A stretch of DNA of 64,000 nucleotides from positions 1,536,001-1,600,000 of the forward strand of contig CAVZVA010000010.1 of assembly GCA_963778655.1 (NCBI GenBank). The letters are read 5' to 3'. The notes below the pieces were generated by a model. It did not search any database and was not told the origin of the DNA. It saw nothing but the letters and a program-made list of their open reading frames with translations. Position 1 is the stretch's first letter. Each line of letters opens with the position of its first letter. Shown here piece by piece: positions 58,104 through 64,000 of the stretch. The translations under genes were made by a program, and so were the position numbers. The DNA comes from an uncultured delta proteobacterium. GTDB lineage: Bacteria; Myxococcota_A; Polyangia; Polyangiales; JAFGIB01.

Positions 58104-59081
58104 CTAGCGAGCTCGCGGGGTGGCGGCCGCGGTCGCACCGCCGTCGCGCCGGCCGGGTGTGAACACGTACAGCACGCTCGGCTCGGTGGCGCGCACGCGC
58201 AACGCGTTGTCCGGCGGCACCAAGACCAGCATCCGGCTGTGCAAGGGCGTGTCGGTGGGCGAGAGCAGCCGGGCCGTGCCCTGGGCAACGTACACCACAC
58301 GCGGCGTGTCCACGCCAGCGAGATCAGCCTCGCCGCGCAGCAGCCACGCCGCCATCTTGCCGTCCATGATGGGCAGCGTGTCCAGTCGCGACATCTCGTC
58401 CTGCCCGAGCCGCTTCAGCAAGGCCGCCGGCTCGTAGAACCCGGGCGCGGCTCCCCGCTGCAGGCGAGGATCGTCCTGCTCGACGTACAGGTTCCCGGCG
58501 AAAGGCGGCGAGGCGAACACCAGGTTGGCCTGCATGTGCGCCTGGTCGTGATTGATCCACTTGTGGCCGCACAATGGCGGCGAGGCGATCAGGCTGCCCG
58601 GCTCGGGCGTGCGGCGCACGCGCTGCGTGGCGGCGCCGGGTGCGCCGTAGATCTGCAACACCTCGGGCGCTCCGGACAGGATCACGGTGGCTTCGTAGGC
58701 CGTTCGATGGATGTGCAGCGGGCAAGTCTGGCCAAACCCGAGCGCGTGCATGTGAACGGTGCCGTCGCGGCTTCCGAAATACGTCTCGGATGCGTCCGCC
58801 TGATCGTGGAAGTGCTGGCTCAGCAGCGCGAAGCGCGCGGCCAGGTCGATGACCTGCACCGGGGGCTTCGGCTTCGGCGCTGGCGGGCCAGCGACGCGAC
58901 TCGTCTTGGTCGGCACGCTCGGGCTGGCCGCACCCGCGCCCGCGTGCTGCAGCGCGAAGCTCAGGCCGCCGATCACCAGCAGCAGGCCGATCGTCACCAC
59001 CCGGTAGAACAGCAGGGTGCGGCGGGTGGGCGGCGCTGCGGCGGCGGAGGGCGGGGGGCGTGGCGGAGTGCCGCTGGTCAA
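58104..59081 (-). CDS. Membrane-anchored cupin-domain protein (start uncertain)
   Basis: N-terminal TM; PLHIH..YE...PGSLI..PP..GH cupin motif; possible degenerate second cupin. Confidence 0.65.
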   Translation of the reverse strand: MTSGTPPRPPPSAAAAPPTRRTLLFYRVVTIGLLLVIGGLSFALQHAGAGAASPSVPTKTSRVAGPPAPKPKPPVQVIDLAARFALLSQHFHDQADASETYFGSRDGTVHMHALGFGQTCPLHIHRTAYEATVILSGAPEVLQIYGAPGAATQRVRRTPEPGSLIASPPLCGHKWINHDQAHMQANLVFASPPFAGNLYVEQDDPRLQRGAAPGFYEPAALLKRLGQDEMSRLDTLPIMDGKMAAWLLRGEADLAGVDTPRVVYVAQGTARLLSPTDTPLHSRMLVLVPPDNALRVRATEPSVLYVFTPGRRDGGATAAATPRAR

Positions 59082-59229
59082 GCTCCGATCTTCTCGCGCC
59101 CGAGCCGCGCGGGTCAAGACCGCGCGCTCGCTGGCGCTCGGCTTGCGCTGCTTGCGCGGCGGACGTCGTTCCGGGCGCGGGGCGAAGCCGCGGCGCAATT
59201 CGCGGCGCGAAGGGTATAGCATTTGCAGC

Positions 59230-61320
59230 GTGAGCGCGCGCGCTGCCGGCTGGCTGCCCCGCCATTATCAGGCTGTGCTCCTGGCGCTGACCGGCGGCCT
59301 GCTCGGCCTGCACCCGTTGGCCGAATCCGACACGTTCTTTCACCTGATGCTGGGCCGCGCGGTGCTCTCCCAGGGCTCGCGCGTGGTCCGCGAGCCCACC
59401 GCGTTCCGCGCGTTCAGCGATCCGTGCGTCGTGCCCGAGTGGCTGTGGGACGTCGCGAGCTACGGGCTGTACCGGCTGGGCGGCTATGTCGCGCTCACCG
59501 CCTTGAACGTGACGTGCGGCGCGGCGGCGGGCGTGCTGCTGCTGTGGCTTGCGCGGCGCGTCGCCGGAACGCAGGGCGCGTGGGCCTTGTTGCCGGCGCT
59601 TCTGGCGTCGAGCGCGGTGGCTACGCGGCTCAGCGACCGGCCGCAGAGCGCAGCGCTGGTGCTGCTGCCGGCGTTCCTGCTGCTCGCGTATGTCTACCGC
59701 GACCGGGCGCGGCTGCGGGCGCGCGCGGCGCTGGGGCTGGCCGCGCTTGCGCTGCTGTGGGCGCAGCTCCACGGCAGCTTCGTGTTGGCTCCCTTGCTGC
59801 TGCTCTTGGTGCTGGCGGGCGAGGCGCACGGACCGAGCCTGGCGGAGCGCGTGCGGCGGCACGGACCGCTGCTGCTCGCTTTGGCGCTGGCGGCGACCAC
59901 CAGCGCGTATGGCCTCGGCATCGGCTCGTACGTGCTCGCGCACGCCGGCGGCGACGCGGTGCGCCACATCGAGGACATGAAGCGGCTGTCGTGGGCGTCG
60001 CTGAGCCCGTTTGCCGGTGCGCGCGAGGCCGCGTTGCTGTGTCTGTGGAGCCTGGGCGCGCTGGGCCTGTGGCGGCGCGGCCTGGCCGTCTCCGAGCTCG
60101 CGCTGGCGTTGCTCGGCGCGGCGCTGGCATACACCGCGATGCGCTTCGAGATCGACGCCTGCGTGCTCGCGCTGCCACTGGCCGCGCGCGCGCTTCCGCC
60201 AGGCGCGGGCGCGCGCGCGCCTGGCGCGGCCGGCGTGTGGCCGCGGGTCGCGGCGGTGGCGCTCGCGCTCTGGCTGCCGCTGTGGTCGCGGTCGTTCGTG
60301 GATCAGTACTTCGGGCCGTGGCCAGGCGGCGGGATGGACTCGGGGCGCTTCCCGTATCTCGCGAGCCGCTACCTGCGCAAGCTGCCGCGCGGGACGCCGG
60401 TGCTGACCTCGTACGCTGCGGGTGCGCCGCTCGGCTTCTGGCTCGACGGGCGGGTGCGCACCTACGTCGACGGCCGCACGCCGATGTACTTCGACGACAC
60501 CGATTACGCGGTCGCGCGCGATCTCGCCGCCAGCCCCGAGGTGCTGTCGCGCGTGATCGCTCGCTATGGGGCTCGCGCCGCCGTGATCGAACGCGACTCG
60601 CCCGCCTGCGAGCTGCTGGCGCAACGCTGGAGCGTGGTGGTCGCCGAGCCCCGCTTCACCACGTTCGTGCCCGCGGGCTCCGCGCCGCCGCTGCAGGGGC
60701 TCTCGGCTTGCGGCGAGCTGATGCTGGCGCCCGATGCGTGCGCGCGCGAGCCCGAGCTGCGCGCCGCTGCGCGGCGCCTGCGCGCGCTCGCCGACACGCC
60801 TTACACGCGCTTTGTCGAGGTCGCGGCGGCCGTGCAGTGCGCGCCGCAGCGGGCGGGGCGCTACGCGGCGAGGCTGCAGGACGAGCGCGCCGCTCGCACG
60901 TTCTTACGCGCGCAACGCAACGCGCACGTGGCCGCGCTGCTGGCCACGGGCGAGCTCGATCGCGCCCAGGCGCTGGTGCTCGACTCGATCGGGCGGCGCT
61001 GGATGGATGGCCTGCGCTGGCTGACCACGCCGCTCGGCGAGCGCGTGCCGTTGTCGATGGCGCGGCGCTGGCTGCAGCGCGGCATCGACGCGATGGACGA
61101 CAGCGCGCCGCCCGTGCTGCGCGCACAGCTCGCGATCGCGTGCGCGGCCGAAGGCGATGCCGAGTGCGCGCGCTTGCAGGCCACGCGGGCGGCGCTGTGG
61201 GGCGAGCCCGCGGCGCTGGCGCCGCTGTCGTGGGTCGCGCAGCACCATCCGTCGGCGCGCGCCCGCGCGGACGCCCGCGCCTGGCTCGCGCTCCTGCGCC
61301 CGGCGGCCGCGCGACCGTGA
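59230..61320 (+). CDS. Multi-pass membrane protein, GT-C-like, with C-terminal helical domain
   Basis: DTFFHLMLGR, EWLWD, RPQ, LWAQLHGSF, YVDGRT motifs; more than 10 TM helices. Confidence 0.75.
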   Translation: MSARAAGWLPRHYQAVLLALTGGLLGLHPLAESDTFFHLMLGRAVLSQGSRVVREPTAFRAFSDPCVVPEWLWDVASYGLYRLGGYVALTALNVTCGAAAGVLLLWLARRVAGTQGAWALLPALLASSAVATRLSDRPQSAALVLLPAFLLLAYVYRDRARLRARAALGLAALALLWAQLHGSFVLAPLLLLLVLAGEAHGPSLAERVRRHGPLLLALALAATTSAYGLGIGSYVLAHAGGDAVRHIEDMKRLSWASLSPFAGAREAALLCLWSLGALGLWRRGLAVSELALALLGAALAYTAMRFEIDACVLALPLAARALPPGAGARAPGAAGVWPRVAAVALALWLPLWSRSFVDQYFGPWPGGGMDSGRFPYLASRYLRKLPRGTPVLTSYAAGAPLGFWLDGRVRTYVDGRTPMYFDDTDYAVARDLAASPEVLSRVIARYGARAAVIERDSPACELLAQRWSVVVAEPRFTTFVPAGSAPPLQGLSACGELMLAPDACAREPELRAAARRLRALADTPYTRFVEVAAAVQCAPQRAGRYAARLQDERAARTFLRAQRNAHVAALLATGELDRAQALVLDSIGRRWMDGLRWLTTPLGERVPLSMARRWLQRGIDAMDDSAPPVLRAQLAIACAAEGDAECARLQATRAALWGEPAALAPLSWVAQHHPSARARADARAWLALLRPAAARP

Positions 61321-61422
61321 GGCAGCCGCTGGCCGAGCGCCGCGGCCAAACCGGGCGACCGGCCGCGCCCGCGATCGGTCGCGCCAACGCCCGCGGCCCG
61401 GTGTAAGCTCGGCCCCCCGCTC

Positions 61423-62121
61423 ATGGATCCCGCCGGCGAGAAGGTGCTCGAGGTTCGCGACCTCACGGTGACCCTCGAGAACCACGTCGTTCTCGAGGAT
61501 CTGTCGTTCAGCGTCCGGGCCGGGGAGATCCTGACCATCCTGGGGCCCAACGGCGCGGGCAAGACGGTGCTGCTGCGCGCGCTGCTCGGCGTGCTGCCGT
61601 ACTCGGGCTCGATTCACTGGAAGCAGGGCACGCGCATCGGCTACGTGCCGCAACGCCTGCCGTACATCCGCGACGTGCCCGTCAGCGTGGGCGACTTCTT
61701 CGCGCTCAAGCACAGCTCGGCCGAGGAGGCGCGGCACATGCTGCAGGCCGTGGGGCTCGACGCGGAGGTGGCGGCCAAGCGCGTGGGCGACGTGTCCTCC
61801 GGACAGTTCCAGCGCATCTTGATCGCGTGGGGTCTGGTGGGCGATCCCCACGTGCTGCTGTTCGACGAGCCCACCACCGGCGTCGACGCCAGCGGCGAGG
61901 AGACCGTGTACGCGCTACTGGCGCGGCTGCACCGCGAGCGCCAGCTGACCATGCTCCTGGTTACGCACGACCTGGCGGTGGCGGCCCGGCTCTCGTCCAC
62001 CGTGCTGTGCCTGAACCGGCGGCCGGTGTGCCACGGTCCCCCGCTCGAGGTGCTCACGCCCGAGAGCCTGCGGCGCTTGTACGGGACCGAGGTGCGGTAC
62101 CACCAGCACAGCCACGAGTAG
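61423..62121 (+). CDS. znuC: Metal (Zn/Mn) ABC transporter ATP-binding protein
   Basis: GPNGAGKT, IGYVPQ, SSGQFQR, LLFDEPTTGVD, VTHD, VLCLN, His-rich end. Confidence 0.92.
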   Translation: MDPAGEKVLEVRDLTVTLENHVVLEDLSFSVRAGEILTILGPNGAGKTVLLRALLGVLPYSGSIHWKQGTRIGYVPQRLPYIRDVPVSVGDFFALKHSSAEEARHMLQAVGLDAEVAAKRVGDVSSGQFQRILIAWGLVGDPHVLLFDEPTTGVDASGEETVYALLARLHRERQLTMLLVTHDLAVAARLSSTVLCLNRRPVCHGPPLEVLTPESLRRLYGTEVRYHQHSHE

Positions 62122-62124
62122 CGC

Positions 62125-62889
62125 ATGGGTGATCCCTTCGTCCTTGGCCTGATCTCCGGCTCGCTGATCGGCGGCGCGGCTGGCTACCTCGGCTCGCTGA
62201 TGCTGGGGCGCCGCATGGCGCTGGTGGCCGGCCCGCTCGGTCACCTGACCCTGCCCGGCATTGCGCTGGCGCTGCTCTACGGCTTCGACGTGTCGCTCGG
62301 TGCGTTTCCGTTCGTGATCCTGGGCGTGCTGCTGATCTGGCTGTTCGAGATGAAGACCAAGCTGCCGATGGAGGCGCTGACGGCGCTGGTGTTCGCCTCC
62401 GGGGTCGCGCTCGCGTTTCTCTTTCTGCCGATCGAGCAGGCCGAGACGGCGCTGGTCGGCGACATCACGCGCACCACGCCGCGCGACGCGTGGCTCTCCG
62501 CCGCGGTGTCGCTGCTGGTCATCGCCGGCGTCAAGCGCATCTACCCGAAGCTGATTCTGATCGGCATCTCCGAGGACCTGGCCACCGCCGAGGGCGTCGA
62601 CGTCAAGCGCCACAACCTGGCCTACCTGCTCTTGATCTCGGTGATCGTCGCGCTCGGCGCCAAGATGGTGGGCGGGCTGCTGACGGCCGCGCTGGTGGCG
62701 ATCCCGGCGGCAGTCGCGCGCAACCTGGCCCGCGACCTGCGCCACTACGCCGCCACCGCGATCGGCGTGGGCGTGGGCTCCTCGCTGCTCGGAATCGCGC
62801 TGTTCCGCCTGACCGGCCTGCCGGCCGGCCCGTTGATCGTGCTGGTGAGCGCGGCGGCCTTCCTGGCCTCGCTGCCCTTCGTGCGCTGA
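62125..62889 (+). CDS. znuB: Metal (Zn/Mn) ABC transporter permease
   Basis: RRMAL...HLTLPGIA, LVGD, DLATAEG, VGGLL...IPA. Confidence 0.9.
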   Translation: MGDPFVLGLISGSLIGGAAGYLGSLMLGRRMALVAGPLGHLTLPGIALALLYGFDVSLGAFPFVILGVLLIWLFEMKTKLPMEALTALVFASGVALAFLFLPIEQAETALVGDITRTTPRDAWLSAAVSLLVIAGVKRIYPKLILIGISEDLATAEGVDVKRHNLAYLLLISVIVALGAKMVGGLLTAALVAIPAAVARNLARDLRHYAATAIGVGVGSSLLGIALFRLTGLPAGPLIVLVSAAAFLASLPFVR

Positions 62890-62919
62890 GCGCCCCGCCC
62901 TCGCCCAGATGAGATTCAG

Positions 62920-62979
62920 AGGAAAACGCGAAGCCGGGAAGCGCGGATCGTCGCTCCCTTCCCGCCTTCCCGTCTTCCT
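62920..62979. repeat. Palindromic element built from 8-bp GGGAAGRC-type units between convergent genes
   Basis: aggaaaac gcgaagcc gggaag (62920-62941) vs cttccc gccttccc gtcttcct (62958-62979): 3 mismatches in 22. Confidence 0.65.
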
Positions 62980-62995
62980 GTTGATCTTCGGAAGG

Positions 62996-64000
62996 CTACC
63001 GTACCGCGCGCCTTGTCAGCACCACCGCGAGCACGCCGAGCGCGAGCGAGGCTGCGGCCCAGGCGAGCTCCTGGCGCGTGGCCTGGGTGAAGATCCAGAG
63101 GCTGACCGCAGCGCCGAGCAGCGGCAGCAGCGGGCCGAGCGGGATTCGGAAGCCGCGCGCGGGCGGGCGTGCGCGCAGCTTGGGCACCGCTAGGCAGGTC
63201 GCCAGGTACTGCGTGGCGACCGCCACGTTCGACATCCCGATCAGCGAGCGATAGTCGAGCGGGATCACCAGCAGCATGGCCGCGATCGCGGTCACCACCA
63301 CCGCCTTGTGCGGCGATTCGAAGCGCGGGTGTACGGCGCCGAGCGCCGCGGGCAGGTAGCCGTCCTGCGCCATCGCGAACAGATAGCGCGGCGTGCCGAG
63401 CGCGCTGCCCGACACGAAGCCCAGGGTGGAGACCAGGCCGCCGGCCGTGACCACCAGCCCCAGCGCGGGCACCACCGCGATCGCCGCGTCCGCCAGCGGC
63501 GTGTCGCTGACCGCGCCCAGCCGGCCGTAGCCGCCGACCAGCGCGCACTGCACCACCACGTAGAGCAGCGAAGCGGCGAGCATCGAGGCGATCACCGCGA
63601 TCGGCACGTGGCGCTCGGGCGCGTGGGTCTCGCCCGCCGGCACCGGCACCACCTCGAAGCCCTGCGCCGCGAACACCGCCATGAAGGTCGCCGCGCCCAC
63701 GCCGGACAGCCCGTGCGGCGCCGGCGCCGAGAAGGGCGCGAGCGAAAGGTGCGGCAGCAGCGCCGCCACCAGCACCACCAGCACCGCGAACTTGCCCAGC
63801 GTGAACAGGTCGACGGTGCGCGCCCCGGGCCGCGCGCCGCGGTAGTTGATCCAGGCGAAGAACGCGATCACCAGCAGGCCCACGGCCTTGCCTGCGACGG
63901 CGCCCGACAGCGCCGGCAGCAGCCGGCCGAGATAGGCCGCCGCGGCCGAGGAAACCGCCGCGAAGGAAAAGGTCGAGTTCGCGAAGCACATCCAGCCTAC
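62996..64000 (-). CDS. APC family amino acid permease (5' end outside the window)
   Basis: INYRG, GFE..AGE...P.R.VP, PRYLFAMAQDGYLP, HPRFESP. Confidence 0.92.
   Translation of the reverse strand, partial: VGWMCFANSTFSFAAVSSAAAAYLGRLLPALSGAVAGKAVGLLVIAFFAWINYRGARPGARTVDLFTLGKFAVLVVLVAALLPHLSLAPFSAPAPHGLSGVGAATFMAVFAAQGFEVVPVPAGETHAPERHVPIAVIASMLAASLLYVVVQCALVGGYGRLGAVSDTPLADAAIAVVPALGLVVTAGGLVSTLGFVSGSALGTPRYLFAMAQDGYLPAALGAVHPRFESPHKAVVVTAIAAMLLVIPLDYRSLIGMSNVAVATQYLATCLAVPKLRARPPARGFRIPLGPLLPLLGAAVSLWIFTQATRQELAWAAASLALGVLAVVLTRRAVR

Noticed and set aside
1..64000. Prophage, IS element, rRNA/tRNA, NRPS/PKS or an intact defence system
   Set aside because: No integrase, transposase, phage structural, megasynthase or recognised defence motifs in any frame, and no tRNA or rRNA-like sequence seen by eye.

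Overview
Very GC-rich chromosomal window with the gene content typical of Myxococcota, probably Polyangiales-like. The signs are a eukaryotic-type Ser/Thr kinase with a TPR/PEGA partner and many Gly-rich-linker lipoproteins. I can support about 49 coding regions. They cover signalling (kinase, orphan histidine kinase, AraC regulator), fatty-acyl/CoA metabolism (AidB, a paired acyl-CoA dehydrogenase plus crotonase), transport (Kup, SulP, a TolC-MFP-RND efflux operon, ZnuCB, APC permeases), envelope glycan/lipid genes (GT4, CDP-alcohol phosphotransferase, a GH18-CE4-GT2 fusion, three GT-C-like membrane proteins, two PAP2 proteins) and redox lipoproteins (an octaheme cytochrome c, two PHM/DBH-like copper monooxygenases). 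I see no rRNA, tRNA, CRISPR array, integrase or transposase. The most unusual items are a KimA/KUP-like K+ transporter fused to tandem USP domains, a copper monooxygenase with a fused heme-c domain, a YbjQ(CxxC)/Cys-rich membrane protein pair, an FRG-domain remnant next to a REP-like repeat cluster, and a perfect 19-bp palindrome in a divergent promoter. Four apparent single-site frameshifts, two of them in homopolymers, suggest assembly errors rather than biology. All protein calls come from motif recognition by eye; no database search was run.
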